From assembly GCF_001194135.2 (NCBI RefSeq), contig NC_068990.1, forward strand, positions 75,267,485-75,329,067: a DNA stretch of 61,583 nt, written 5' to 3'. A program made the position numbers and the translations under genes. Source of the DNA: Octopus bimaculoides. Lineage: Eukaryota. The notes under the pieces are model-generated. The model did no database searches. It saw nothing but the letters and a program-made list of their open reading frames with translations, and had not been told where the DNA came from. Positions 39,199-53,931 of the stretch are shown here, in pieces (the stretch's first letter is position 1; each line of letters begins with the position of its first letter).

Positions 39199-39894
39199 TA
39201 TATATATATATATATATATATAGATATATATATATATATATATATATTATATTATATTATATTATATTATATTATATATACATACATATTCCAATGAAAT
39301 AATGCACCTTAAAGGTAGAATTATAAATAGGAAATAGTGGCACAACAAGGTACCAATTTTTGCTAGAAATAACAGTCGATAATCGTTCGACGCAATATAA
39401 AGCTTCACTGTTCTTATTATTATTGGCATAAATGTAAATTTGAAGTCCGGATATAGAAGCTGTATGTTTCAAAGTTGTTTGTTTGTTTGTTTCTTTGTAT
39501 GTCATTATTCACTTTTATTTCAAGATTTCTTGCCAATACAGAAAGAGCCGGATTCTAGCCTAGATCCAAAGCACCTTCAATAGAATTTAAATGGTATTTT
39601 TGTATGTAAATATATGTGTAGATTTGCATGCTTTTTTTTTTTTTTGTGTGAGCATTCTCATCCATATCGTTGCATATCTAGACATGCTCATATATATTTA
39701 AATGACAAACTTCTGGAAAGTTTTACAGACTTTTACAGTCCCAGCGATGGCCTGGATCTGTAGTCTTTTGAACGTATGTATGTATTTGTTAAGTGACTGC
39801 ATTATTGCGGACTTGGCTCGTAATAACAGTTATGAATCAACTAGTATCAGACTATGTCTGTCTTTTGTATGCCCGAGGGTGTGTTTATGCATTC

Positions 39895-40205
39895 TTTTGT
39901 TCTTTTATTTGTTTCAGTCACTTGACTGCGACCATGCTGGATCAGCGCCTTTAGTCGAACAAATCAGCCCCAGGACTTATTTTTTGTAAGCCTAGGACTT
40001 ATTCTATAGGTCTCTCTTGTCGCACCACTAGACAAACTCAGACAAACAAAGATATATACACACACATATGCGACGGACCGCTCTCAGTTTCCCTCTACCA
40101 CATCCATTCACAAGACTTTGTAGAAGACACTTACCGAAGGTGCAACGCAGTTGGAATGAACCCGAAACCACAGCCACTCTATATTATACATATATGCATA
40201 CATAC
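39895..40205 (-). mobile_element. SINE family B
   Basis: GTTTCAGTCACTTGACTGCGACCATGCTGG...CCCCAGGACTTA body; head GAATGAACCCGAAACCACAGCCAC. Confidence 0.8.
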
Positions 40206-40473
40206 AAACGCATACGCACAGTTCATTTTTCCATATATAATTGTGAATTGCTTTACTCAAAAGCATAAATGAATCGCAGATTTGAGAGTGATATATACAC
40301 ACGTACAAACTTTTCTACAAGTATACGCAATACATACATAGACAGACACATAAATATACACGTACATATGTATATATCACATACTAAGGTGTGAAATTTG
40401 TGCATATATTTGAGTATAGGTATACATAAAGAAAATAAAAGTGGAAAAACAAAAGCTTGCTTTGACACATTCA

Positions 40474-40565
<92 letters not shown>

Positions 40566-43021
40566 CAGGTGTGCATATATATAAGATATTATATATATAT
40601 ATATATAATTACAGATTTTTACAGTACTATAATGACAACCTTTTATTGTTTGTTCTAATTTATAACATGTGTGTGTGTGTGTGTCTGTGTGTATGTGTGT
40701 GTAGAAATACACAAATATTTCGCGAAGGTGAATATGTGAGTGTGGTGGGTGTGTGGATGTATGTTTGAGAGAGATGACAGTTGTACGTAATTGCCCATGA
40801 TATATTTCAAATGGAATGAAAACAGAAGTTTTCACGTTAACACTAACCAAAGAACATTGAGATGTGTTTGTCTGAATTACAAGAGACTTCTGTAGGGTAT
40901 AGAATTGTTAAAGGATCTCTCTTCTTCATGTGTGTTCTTAAGAATATTATCACCGATGTGGTTCTGTTTTATTAGGTAAAACTGATCTTCTGCTACCATC
41001 GTTGTTTATATTCCGATGTAAGGACAAACGGTGTGGTTGCCGTCCACTGATCAAACAGGCTGAATGTATCTGACTGATGTGGTCTATTGACATAGCGTAT
41101 TTAATAGAGTTATAATTTAGAATAGAGAACCGCTATTACTCATTGAATGTTAATAGTTATTCTGTTATCATTGTTGTAACTTTTACGTATGTATGTGTTT
41201 ATAGCTATGTCAATATTCCGTTCCTTTACTCAGACAATATTACTTTCTCTTATACTATAAAGTCCATTCACTACCGACTGCAAATCTTCAATGGGTTCTC
41301 ATCCTCTCCCAACTCTCTTTGTCCAATGAATATCGTTTCAGGTTTTAAGACGCGAACGAAAGACATATTGTTGCTGTAGAGTGTTGTATCTTGTCATTTC
41401 TATCTGCTTATATTAACGCCACCTGGTTGTAAAACCTAGCGATATTTGCATGCTTAAGATTTAAGTAGAACTTTATTTGTTTAAAACTTTCACAGTATTT
41501 GTTTTTATTTTACGATGCATTTACGACTGCAGCAATTGTAGCTGATTTTGGAACTCAGAACATTGCTATTTAGCCATTGGTGCTGACCCATTGTTTTATT
41601 TCATCAATCGCTGTGTTTGTGTATTTTCTCCTGCTTCATGTCATAGTTAAGTAATGTCCAAATATATCTACGCTTGACTAGTTTCTCCAACAATCAGAGT
41701 GTAGTTTCACAGAGTGGATGGCTGTGTGATGGGAAAGCGTGGTTTGTGTGTTAAAACTACTGGACATTATTTCACAGTTATCTCTGCACAATTAACTTTT
41801 ATTTATTTCGCTATACTCAAACGTACAACATTTCCCACTAGTGTTGTCTATATAAGATAGCTTTTGGTCGTATATCACAGTCTTACTATTTTGTTACTGT
41901 TCTTTCTTGACGGCTGCAATACTTTCCAGTGGCCACCTTAAGAAACATAGCGTTTAGTAAAACGTAAGCACTATGTTTTGAGTAAATACACCCTCGGCAT
42001 CATCTCAGTTGCTATTGCTACTAACATTTTTATTCAGTCCATAGCTTTAGCACTAACGAAGATTTGTCACTATAACTGTAGTTGAAATATTATTTTTTGT
42101 AATATTATATTCTGGTCAGGAAAATGTCTTCTTCTTCTTCGTGCTATTGTCTGTTTTTCAAAATTTGTTTTATTGTTATTTATTGGTGCCAGTACTTTGA
42201 GCGGTTAGCAAAGAGTCTTTTGAAAAACCGCATTTGATAAATAAAGGAAAAGAAAAAATACCTTTTATTATTTCTCGTCTATATGATATGTGTGTATTAG
42301 AAAGATTACAACAACAAAATTGTTAATGAAATCATCTCGGTAAATATATTCTTTTAACTGAAACACGATGCAAACAAGAGCTCACATCTAAGTCTATTCA
42401 TTGTGAAATTTAAAATTCCAAATGGCAACTGTGCCTTACTGATGATTACACGTATCAAATATTCTCCAATATATTATTTCCAGTTTTTACTTCTATTATT
42501 CCGAACAATAGCAAAAGACTTACTATTTTCTGCAGATACATCAGCATTGTAAGTTTCTCTTAAACAAACTTTGAACTGTTTGCTTAACTTAAATACCACA
42601 AGAACGGTATTTCTTTAGAATCTTAGCGTTATCATTTCTTTGACTGCATAATCACATTTGTCTTCATCATTTATAGAACATAAGGTTAGAAAATGTCAGT
42701 CGATTTAGATTTTAAAATCTGTGAATTGTAAATACGTGAATGTTATCCACATGAAAAATCATTCGTGAATTAGGTCAAATCTGCTATTTCAAATCATTGA
42801 CTTATAAAAATTTTAGGTTTCCATCACGTACTAATGGGAGCATTTCAGCATGGTCGCCTCAATTGCTAGAAATAGAAGCTAAATATTGTATCCTAAAAAT
42901 AACAAAGACAGCTTAGATAACGTATCCCTGGATATAATATGCATAACAAAACATGATGGTCAAGGCAGGAATGCATTTGGTTATATATATATTTCCTCAA
43001 ACAATAATGAACTGAAAATAA

Positions 43022-43083
<62 letters not shown>

Positions 43084-43178
43084 ATTGGTAATTAAGTAGA
43101 AGGAATGTCTTTTTGATATACACTTTTAAGTATATACATCTGAGGAGTTTCAGGTCTTCTTAGACTATTATCTTACCG

Positions 43179-43208
<30 letters not shown>

Positions 43209-43216
<8 letters not shown>

Positions 43217-43506
43217 CCTTGGGATAGGCATTATGCCGGTAATAAACACACGCACTGGTTCAGTCCTTTATTAATTTATATAGTTTTTTGTTAAATTATT
43301 TCATTGCACTCTTGCAATCTCTTCAGTAACTTGTTTCTCCACTTCCATTTATTTTGAATATATGATCTGGAAGTGGAGAGACAAGTTACTGAAGAGATTG
43401 CAAGAGTGCAATGAAATAATTTAACAAAAAACTATATAAATTAATAAAGGACTGAACCAGTGCGTGTGTTTATTACCGGCATAATGCCTCTCCCAAGGTT
43501 TAATTG
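43209..43506. mobile_element. 298-bp foldback MITE (pogo/Tc1-mariner type), 139-bp arms, 20-nt loop
   Basis: Arms 43209-43347 and 43368-43506 are reverse complements with 3 mismatches seen; TA at 43207-43208 and 43507-43508. Confidence 0.9.
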
Positions 43507-43573
43507 TATTTCTTTCAACACACGTATCCACATCAAGAATCTTGCACACGAAATACACATACGAAATATATAT

Positions 43574-44053
43574 ATATAATCCCTCACTATATCGCGGTTC
43601 ACCTATCACGCCCTCAATACATCGTGGAGTTTTCTGGCTAATATATGTAAATTGATATCGAAGGTTTCTACAGCAGATAAGTATTTTTATACTTTAGAAT
43701 TTAATTATTTTTGTGGTAAAATAAGCATTTTCACACTTAAAAATTACTAAATTAATAAATAAATATACAGTACGACACTGCAGTGTATAACAAATTAATT
43801 AAAATATGCTAAAAGAAAATACTTAGTGTACCGTAGATGAGTAAACAAAGAATTGCGCATACTGTATAGAAAACGAAACCCAGGAGGCAAGTGTGTGGTG
43901 TTGTTTTGCATTTATAATGAAATAAATGTAAACAAATTATAAAAATAATTATAAAAAATATACAGTACAGTACTGTTTCTACTTCGCGGATTTAACCTAT
44001 CGCGGGGACGCGGTTTGGATCATAACACCCTCGACACTCGAGGGGTTACTGTA
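43574..44053. mobile_element. Tigger/pogo-like non-autonomous element
   Basis: Ends TAATCCCTCACTATATCGCGG ... GAGGGGTTACTG|TA; subterminal CTTCGCGGATTT..CTATCGCGG typical of Tigger derivatives. Confidence 0.7.
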
Positions 44054-44074
44054 TATATATATATATATATAAAA

Positions 44075-44400
44075 GCCCTCCGTCAATTATGACGATGAGG
44101 GCTCCAGTTGATCAGTTGATCTGATGAATGGGACAGCCTCCAGTGAAATTAACGTGCAAGTCGCTGAGTACTCCACAAGTATGTGTACCCTTAAAGTAGT
44201 TCTCAAGGAGATTCCGCGTGACACAGAATGTGACAAGGCCGACCCTTTGACATAAAGGCACTACTCATTTTTGCCAGCTGAGTGGACTGGAGAAACGTGA
44301 AATAAAGTGTCTTCCTCAAGACACTTTATTCCGCTGGGAATTGAACTCACAACCCTTCAATCGTAAGCCGAACATCCTAACCACTTATCCATGCGGTCTC
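44075..44400 (-). mobile_element. SINE with tRNA head + CORE-like middle + tail 1
   Basis: ACTCATTTTTGCCAGCTGAGTGGACTGGAG core plus a tail shared with family A. Confidence 0.85.
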
Positions 44401-44414
44401 ACATACTTCTATAT

Positions 44415-44601
44415 GCCGCTAGCCACTAAGACTATTTTATTCTCTCTCTTTTTTATTTTCCCGTGTTCCTTTCTGTTGAAGAGCGTAGGCTCGAAACGTA
44501 AAAGTCTTTGTCACCTTCCCGATCGTTAAACTAATACACCTGTTTGTTGATTATACACATATCTTCATCTTTTGTTGTTTTTTTTTTGTAAATTCCAACT
44601 A
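44415..44601 (+). mobile_element. Penelope-like terminal-repeat remnant containing a minimal type-I hammerhead-like motif (44469-44504)
   Basis: CTTT-CTGTTGA-A-GAGC(GTAG)GCTC-GAAAC-GTA-AAAG: stem I CTTT/AAAG, stem II 4 bp, palindromic ACGT stem III. Confidence 0.65.
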
Positions 44602-44763
44602 TACATATGTATATATGTGTGTGTGTGTGTGCGTGTGTATGTGTGTATGTATGTATGCGTTTGTGTGTGTGAGTGTATATAGACCTATGTAATTTTTATC
44701 GATAAAATACTTCATACTCTAAAGTACAGATAAAGTAATAATGGAACAAACTTTTCTTTTTTA

Positions 44764-44805
<42 letters not shown>

Positions 44806-45043
44806 AAATAAAGAGAGAGAGGAAGAGAAAGAATGAGAAAGAGAGAATGAGGTTGATAGATAGATTTATGGATTGTATGTAATACAGTAACATGTACTTA
44901 TGTATATATAAGCACATTCATTGTTGATGTACACCTGCGAACTGGCGAGACGAAAGAGAAATGAGTGATTTTGTAGAAAAATCTCTAGTGCAGATTTTTC
45001 AATACATTTTTACTGTCACTGTTTCTGAAACCTATAATCAGAT

Positions 45044-45446
45044 GCCTGTATGGCTGTATGCTAAGAAGTTTGCTTCCCGACTACATGGTTCCGGGTTCAG
45101 TCCCACTGCGTCACACTTTAGGCATGAGTCTTCAGCTATCGATCCAGGCTGAGTGAAGCCTTGCTAGTGGATTTGGTAGACGGAAAGAAACTCGTCATAC
45201 ATGTGTGTGTGTGTGTGTGTGTATGTGTGTGTGCTTGCCCCTGACTATCGCTTGAGAACTGGTATTTGTGTGTTTATGTCTCCGTAACTTAGAGGCTCAG
45301 TAAATGAGACTGATAAAATGGATAGCATGTTTATGAAATAATATGTACTGGAGGGTCGATTCATTCAACTAAGAATTCATCAAAATTGTGCACCAGTTTG
45401 GCCATAGTTTGGAGACTGAAGCAAATAAAAGATCAAAGATAAAAGA
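45044..45446 (+). mobile_element. Full-length SINE family B
   Basis: Head GGTTCCGGGTTCAGTCCCACTGCG, GTGGATTTGGTAGACGGAAA, internal (TG)n, tail ending TAAAAGA. Confidence 0.85.
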
Positions 45447-45619
45447 TTGCCGTTATTTGATTTTCACTGAAGAAATATCCCAAAACTCCTATAGCCGGAA
45501 ATGAAACTTAATTGCTGCATTGATTTTGAGAGATCCCTCGTCCATTTTACTCTGCTTTCTTCCAGCGGATAAGAGCTTCTACGCTGTTCCTTGACTCATA
45601 TCATTCCCATTGTTTGTCT

Positions 45620-45960
45620 CTCTCTTTCTCTGTTCATAAGCCGTGTCTACAGCCGTCGATGATCATAGATTCCCTTATCGTCCTGTAAACTCTGGAGATT
45701 CATGTTTTTAGTTTTTAGAAAGATGCAGCGCTGGTTTCACTCTGCCTTCTGCCGCTTCCTTTAGGTTACTCTTCTCGTCTCATCTCCCTAGCTTACCCTT
45801 AAAGCATGTTACCTACTCAACTCTTAGAGAGGAGGTCTGGTTCACGTGATAACACTCCATGCCTATACACTGGCGGGCTTATGTGAAACCTCTTAGAAGG
45901 CCAATCCATCCAAGTTTCGTGTACCTTAACCGCGGAACCATCTACTATTTAACGAAATCT
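45620..45960 (-). mobile_element. Possible decayed LINE RT C-terminal fragment
   Basis: GC-richer, with fragments such as FKGKLGR reminiscent of RTE EGK..GKR; many stops. Confidence 0.25.
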
Positions 45961-47337
45961 GAAAAAGGTGCGTTGTAATAGTGTACTCATCCAGAGCAAA
46001 TCTAAGAATTATGGTAACAAACATATTAATTCATTGTTGTCAAATGTCCTAAATTCTGGAGCTGGTGCTTCTCTACTAGATTCGATTTCAAATCCATTTC
46101 ATAGCAATCATACAATACTGTCAAAAAAAAAAACGAAGAAAAGAAGGGTACATTGACTAACGTGAGTCCAGATACACTATGTCAACGGAAATTCTCTTGA
46201 TTATGTCTGTTCAATTAGAGCTAAGTTGAATTAACATTAACTGGAAATACAAGGCGGGGAAAGCTTTAAATGGCTACCTAAATTACTACTAAAAATTGTC
46301 TCGTCTCCCTCATCTGACACCCTACCGTCTCAAATAAGGTGAACGATACATTGCATTCTTGAGTCATCATATTTGAAGAAAAAAACAAAAAAGAATGTCA
46401 AATATCTCGCACTTTTTCAATTTTGATTCAATTGTTTTCAAATTTTCTAAACCAATGTAGTTTTGTATGCTGATAATCAAAACGAAATTTATTTTTGCCA
46501 TAAATTAATAAATAAAAAGTTGATAGTTTTTAAAGCTTGTAAATTTTGCGTAACTTTAGCCAATTGGAAGTCAACATGATACACAAGAACGTAAATCCCA
46601 TACTAGTATCTGTTTCAATAGTAACAAGCAAAGTTGTACTCTGTCCTGTCTAAGCTGCAACAAGGATGGTGTGCTCAATACAACTATACCCTTTCACAAC
46701 CGCAACTACCTCCACAAGTTTTGACAATCCATATTTTGTGACTGCTGTTATTTCTGATTGTCATTTTGTGAAAGACAGTCTTCATGTAGAAAATACGCGG
46801 ATATCCGATTTCTATTTTCTGACTGGACAAAAGCATTTTTTAATTTTGAGTCTCTGTAACATTTTCCTAAATTTTGCGGGGGAATAGATGAATCTCAAAG
46901 TTGGATTCAGCGTGCAAAAAATAACATCAATATACCAAATTTGATAATTTTCCCTTAATCTTAAATTTTCCTATTCTGTGACAGGAACCGAAAAGATCTT
47001 GAGGAAATGACTTCGTGAGACAAAAATGATTTCATATCGATGGTCTGATTTAGAGTTAAACAACAATAACAACAACAACAGCAGCATACAGCAACGAAAA
47101 CAACAACAACAACAACAACAAGAGAAATATTCACTATGTGTCACGAATCCAATATGGTGTACTTGATAGCCACGATCGTTCACGATACGAAAGAAATTGT
47201 AAGTAAAATATATATCCATATGTTTTCGATATACATCAAGAAACAAAGTGAACGTGCACGTATATACATACATAGATACATACATACATATATATATATG
47301 CGTGTGTGTGTATACGTATATGTATGTGTCTGTATAA

Positions 47338-47411
<74 letters not shown>

Positions 47412-48205
47412 GCATGTATGTATATGTGTGTGTATGTATATATATATATATGTGTATATATATATATATATATGAAAGTATGTGTATGTATCTATATATC
47501 TCTATAAACTAGGTAGGTTTTATATCTTTTCTGTTTAGTGTTGAGATGAAAGGCCGACTCAGAAGTAAATTACTTATAGAAAGCAAAGTACATTTATAGT
47601 CACAACAGCTTCATAATGATTTTGTCTTCACACACAGTGTTCAAGTTCTTCAGTCATCTACGGTTAGCTTTAATAATCTAATTTAGATCTGAAAGTAGCT
47701 TTAATAATAATGTTCAGAGAAACGTCGAAAATGGTTTGTCATAAACATCTTTTGTTTGTATGTACCGGTTTGTATCTGTGCGCCTGTTTGCATGGTTGCG
47801 TTTGTGTGTGGTTTTTGTGTATGTTTGTACGTGACGATACGAAACGCGTTTGTGTGTTTACGTGTTTATGTGCAAATGCATTCATACCTATGTGTATGCG
47901 TTTATGTTGTATATGTGTTCATGTGATGTGTGCGTGTTTACGCGTTTGTGCGTGTATGTGTTCATGTATATATATATTTGTGTGTGTGTGTGTATTTAGG
48001 TGTGCAATTGTGAGCTTCTGTTTAAGTGTGCGTCTATGTGTGTTTTCATGAACGTGTGGGCATCTTTAAACGTATTTTCTGTATCTGTATGGGTGCATAC
48101 GCATTTGAGTACTTGCGTGCGTGTTTGTATGTGTGTTTAGAACTGTGTTTGAGTATGTGCGTGCGTGCCTGAATGTGTGTAGATGTGTATGTGCATACAT
48201 GTATG

Positions 48206-48259
<54 letters not shown>

Positions 48260-48544
48260 GTCTGTGCATTTTAGAACGTCTCTATGCTGTTGTATAAGTG
48301 ACTGAGTGCGTATTGGGAGTGTATGTGTGCGTTTCTGTGTTAATGTGTATATGTATGTATTTGTGAGCGTATGTGTGTTCGAGTGTATGGTTTTACGAGT
48401 GTTTTTTGTGCGTCTGTGCTATATTTTGTATGTGTTTCTGTCCGAGATTTAAACACCTTTCAACTATTCACTTGCTAATACCGTTTAGAACAAGTAAAGA
48501 ACGCCTAATAATTTCTTTTCAATATAACACACATCTATTTTCTG

Positions 48545-48760
48545 TATAATGAGTTCGAATTTTGGCACAAGGCCAGCAATTTCGAGGGAGGGGCTAAGTC
48601 GATTACAGCGAACTAGTGCTTAGCTGGTACCTATTTTATCAACCTCGAAAGGGTGAAGGGTAGAGTCGACCTCGATTGAATTTGAACTCAGAACGTAAAG
48701 ACGGACGAAATGTTACTACGCGTTTTGCCCGGCGTGCTAACGACTCTGCCAGTTCTCCAC
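48545..48760 (-). mobile_element. SINE family C
   Basis: GAATTTGAACTCAGAACGTAAAGACGGACGAAATG...GCTAACGACTCTGCCAG is the reverse complement of the head. Confidence 0.85.
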
Positions 48761-50826
48761 CTAATGTTTCCTACATAATAAATATACTGATATTTTCCAA
48801 TATAATGCAAATATATATATTATATTATATTAAGGGCATTACTACACATAAATGCCTCACACTCTGAGGGACTCTTACAGTCAAAACTACCATAATAAAT
48901 ATACAGTGTATCGACAGCGAGGGAATGCAACCTGGAAATCGTCTCTTGAAAACAGATTCAGCCGCAAATCATATGATTTCATAGTTAGTGTACGTAACTC
49001 ACTTTCCAATCGTCAATGCAGCCATAATCAAGACATATGAAAGTGAACAAAATTCAACATACCAGACGAACACCAAACGTCTCCAACATAGCACATAGAA
49101 ATACTCGCACTTATATATTTATGTAAGAGGCAGGCCTTTTAAATTACACCTCGGTACACGTGTATATATATATTATATATACATGCATACATGCATTCAA
49201 ACATATATATATATATATATTAGAATTTCTTTATACAACTCTTAAGGATTTTCCCATTTTCTGTCACAACTGTTGTAACGGCCATGCTCGTAACTCTTCA
49301 TAACTTACAGAACTGGTAAGGGCTGAGACAAAGTTGTCCTCAAATCGAAAACCTGGATCGTATATTTATAAAAGAAAGGACAACTCTAATGAAGCTCAAG
49401 GCTGTATGGTTAAACTAGTCGATAGATTAAGTGTCCACACACACATATAGGCCAAGTTGAAATTTGAACTTGGCAAACTAAATTATGGTAGAAACATTTG
49501 ATGCTATCTCGAGTAATCATTTGATAATTGGTCTTATTCCTGTACTCGACAGTTGACGCGGGACAATATTTATCATTCTCAGACGGACGAAAGGCTGGTA
49601 ATTATCAAAACGAAAGACATCCAATCTAGGTCAATACAGTAAGGCATTAATGCATTCGCAGACATAACAGATACCGCAAGGCATCTTGTCAGACCCTAAA
49701 ACAGTTCCGCTAATTTAACATCCTGGACTGGTTCTTTTGAGCATGAAAGGATTAAAGACAAAGTTGACGTCAAAGTTTGAACTCAAAGCGCTGTGCATTA
49801 TGTGTCTAAACGATCACCTCTAGGCGTTCTATCCAGCACTCTAATAACTCTCCCAATTTTCCGTATGATATCAATTAAATTGTAAGGTTTGTTTTAACTG
49901 TTACCTTCAAGATGGATGCTATCGTCTTACATCTGTTACTGAGAAAATCACCCACTCAAAGCCACAGATGTGCGACTATTTTCGCTATTCTGTATGGGAT
50001 TGTATGAGTGTGTATGTGTGTGCGCTTACGTGTTTTTGTGCTTACGTGTTTATTACATCTAGAAATCCTAGTTTATCATATTTGGAAAATCTGGTTGGTT
50101 TAATAGGTATACACTTATTTCGACGCTATGACTGATACTTCTGTTAATATGAAAATCGTCCGGCTGCATCTTTAATCAGCATGTTTCCGCATTAAAGACA
50201 GGGATGATCTGACGTATATGATAATATGGATATCACACTTTGGAATGCATGTTATTGTTTATGGATATTACACTTTGGTATCTTTGTCATTTTTTATGTG
50301 AATTGGATGCCGTTTAGACTTCTATTCGTTTCTATTATTTGATCTGGGGAAAAAGATTTTGCCTATGGCCCTCTTAACTTTTCCCTCTGAAACGGTGAAA
50401 TCGACGTAGTTATACTCCTCTAACAGATTTGCAAATAAATAGATACAAAAAAGACACGGGTCTCCAAATTTTCGACAAAAAGAGGAAAACTGACCACAGT
50501 AGTTAACGTGGGGCTGAATCGAGACGTGTGATTACGGGTACGATGATAAATCATGTCGAAATAAATAAACCTATATTTATCTTTGTTGTAGATGTCACCA
50601 TGTCAAGCTTTCTCCTATACAGTGGGAATTTTTTGTTGCATTTTAATTGTATATATACGGTATACAGATGCATTGTCGTCTGCATCGAATTGCGGGTGTT
50701 AAGATTGTGCATATTATTGAAATAGTAATAGCTTTGAGGATATTCAAAAGGACAGATTAGAGTAACTCTTGCATGTAGTCTTCAGTGCTTTTATGCGGTT
50801 CTCCATTAATTCATTTATATTTATAC

Positions 50827-50875
<49 letters not shown>

Positions 50876-51157
50876 NNNNNNNNNNNNNNNNNNNNNNNNN
50901 NNNNNNNNNNNNNNNNNNNNNNNNNNNNNNNNNNNNNNNNNNNNNNNNNNNNNNNNNNNNNNNNNNNNNNNNNNNNNNNNNNNNNNNNNNNNNNNNNNNN
51001 NNNNNNNNNNNNNNNNNNNNNNNNNNNNNNNNNNNNNNNNNNNNNNNNNNNNNNNNNNNNNNNNNNNNNNNNNNNNNNNNNNNNNNNNNNNNNNNNNNNN
51101 NNNNNNNNNNNNNNNNNNNNNNNNNNNNNNNNNNNNNNNNNNNNNNNNNNNNNNNNN

Positions 51158-51198
<41 letters not shown>

Positions 51199-51794
51199 AT
51201 ACATATATTATACATTAATAAGATGTTCTGCGAATGAAATGCTTTTATTATCATCGTGTAAAAAGTTATTGTAAGTATATTTATGTTCCTTCTCTAAGTT
51301 CTTTGTTTTGTCAGCAAATATTTTAGACGTATTTACAATATGTTATATACTACACATCCCAGCTTATTATATCTAGAAAAGTATTGATTCTTCTTCAGAG
51401 TACAATAGCCTTGATTAAATTAAGGACGTTATCTTTAAAGACATCGAAGTTATGGGCATTTCCTGGATGTTAATCTCTAAGTTATTTATTTCTATTTTGT
51501 GGCCTTGCTATTTCCTTTATTCTAGAAGCAAGTCTTCCACTACATACGTTTTATCATATATCCCATTTCTTTGATGAGTGTTTTAATAGAGTTTTCCGGG
51601 TGGGGATTAGCATACATTTTACAGAGGTTTTCAGTACTAATGTTGTCATTATTTGTACTCCATAATTATGTATAACGTTTGAGTACATTGACAATACTGA
51701 AGAAATTAAGATGAATATTATATTGTTCTTTGGTTTAGTTGTTCTTTCTTTTCTTCACTATCGAAAACAAATATCTACCTTAATATAAGAACTC

Positions 51795-51960
51795 TGTAAG
51801 GCGAACTAGCAGATTCGTTAGCAATCGTGCAAAATGCTTGGTGGTATATCGTTCATTTTTATGTTCTGAGTTCAAATTCCCCCAAGGTCTTGGGATCGAT
51901 CAAATAAGTAACAGAACATTGGGTTTGACATAATTGACTAGATATTTTGTGCATATAATA
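51795..51960 (+). mobile_element. Decayed SINE family C
   Basis: TAAGGCGAACTAGCAGATTCGTTAGC...GTTCTGAGTTCAAATTCC. Confidence 0.75.
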
Positions 51961-53899
51961 GAAAGGAATTTGAGATATATGAATTTAAGATAGCAAAGTC
52001 ATTAGAGGGTCGATTAGAATATCTTGCTATATTTGTTTCAGCGTCCTAAGTTCAAATCCCACTAAGATCTACTTTCATAATCTCGGGTTCGCAAATACAT
52101 ACCAAATCAAGGCCGTACTGGCGGGATTGTTTGAGCGACAGATTTATTTGAGGTATCTATTCCACATCTTTCAGTTCTGAAAATAAACTCCACCTCCAAG
52201 CAATAAATTTTCGTAGCTGGAAATGAAACCTATGCGCCTATGATAACGGTTAAATTTCTCCCGTAGAAGATGGTATGAAAAGCATGATAAGTAGATCGTA
52301 CGTGAAGATTATAAATTCTAGAGCAAGATAAATAAGAAAATTGCAGCAAACCTGCGTGAAAGTAATATCAGACATGACATGCAGACCATCATATAACATG
52401 TTTGATATTCGCATTCCGTATTTATTCTCCTTCTCCGTTTTACGAATTCAGTGCGCACATGCGCATTGTGTGTTCATACTTCTTTTTGCGGTTCCTACTC
52501 AAAACTGTTTACAGATTACAACCATCTCGCGAACGCAGGTTCGTGAAGAACGCTTCACTCTCCGATATTTGTGAGAAGAGACTGAAAGATAAACAGTATA
52601 TTAAACATGTATCTAGTAAAGAGCGATACCCATCAGTATCTAAAAGGAAGACCCGAAAATCGTCATAGCAACCGACGGAACTCTTGCTAAGCTTACGCTC
52701 CTGCAGCTCTTTATGGTAGTGCATTGCAGCATAACGTGGGATATACTTCTATTTAGAGGATCAGTACAGGTCGACGCTAAATATTTTGCTCGTGGACATA
52801 TTAACAGCACAAGGGAAGGATGATAAAAAAAAAAGACTAACGTCCTGATTGTTGATCTGTAACCTATGGACATCCTGCGAATCATCTTAAAAAAAGACAG
52901 TCATATACAAACCTCCTGCTCGCGAGCAGCAGGGGAAAAGGAACAGAAGTTGAAGTGAAAATTGTAATAGTAAGACTGGGTCTTATAAACAGCTATAATA
53001 ACTGATGACGTTAGTGATATTGAGGATGAAGATGAAGGATGACAACGACGACGACGACGACGATGATGATGATGATGATGTTGATTATATTGATGATAAT
53101 CATATGAGGATGATGCCGATTAAGATGATTGCATCGATTACTTGGATGTCGATAAAGATCAGGCGATCAATCAATGAACGTGACGTTAGAATTGCCAGTT
53201 CTATGTGAGGCCAAAGAATTACAGATATGATCTAAGAGTGGATTTGCCTTTCCATACCACGAAACACTAAAGATGGATCGTCGCTACAGCAGTGAAAGCA
53301 GTATATCAAAATTAATCTTCATGTTTCACTAATAACATCAGTACTGCAATAGCGAAGACCACTTTGGAAGACGTGTGTCTTCATCATATACCTGTGTGTG
53401 TATGCTTACGCGCGCGTGCGCGTATGTGTATATATGAATTTTATATATGTGCATATATATATATATATATATATATGTATGTTTCAAGTACGTATGGATA
53501 GATCNNNNNNNNNNNNNNNNNNNNNNNNNNNNNNNNNNNNNNNNNNNNNNNNNNNNNNNNNNNNNNNNNNNNNNNNNNNNNNNNNNNNNNNNNNNNNNNN
53601 NNNNNNNNNNNNNNNNNNNNNNNNNNNNNNNNNNNNNNNNNNNNNNNNNNNNNNNNNNNNNNNNNNNNNNNNNNNNNNNNNNNNNNNNNNNNNNNNNNNN
53701 NNNNNNNNNNNNNNNNNNNNNNNNNNNNNNNNNNNNNATAGACACAGACATATATGTATGTATATGCATGTACAGATATACATATATATGCACATACATA
53801 AATATAGATGTATACATATCTATGTGTATATACGTATATAAATTAATACATATATATGTGTGTGCATGTGTGTGTGTTTGTGTAAACATATGTGTATGC

Positions 53900-53931
<32 letters not shown>

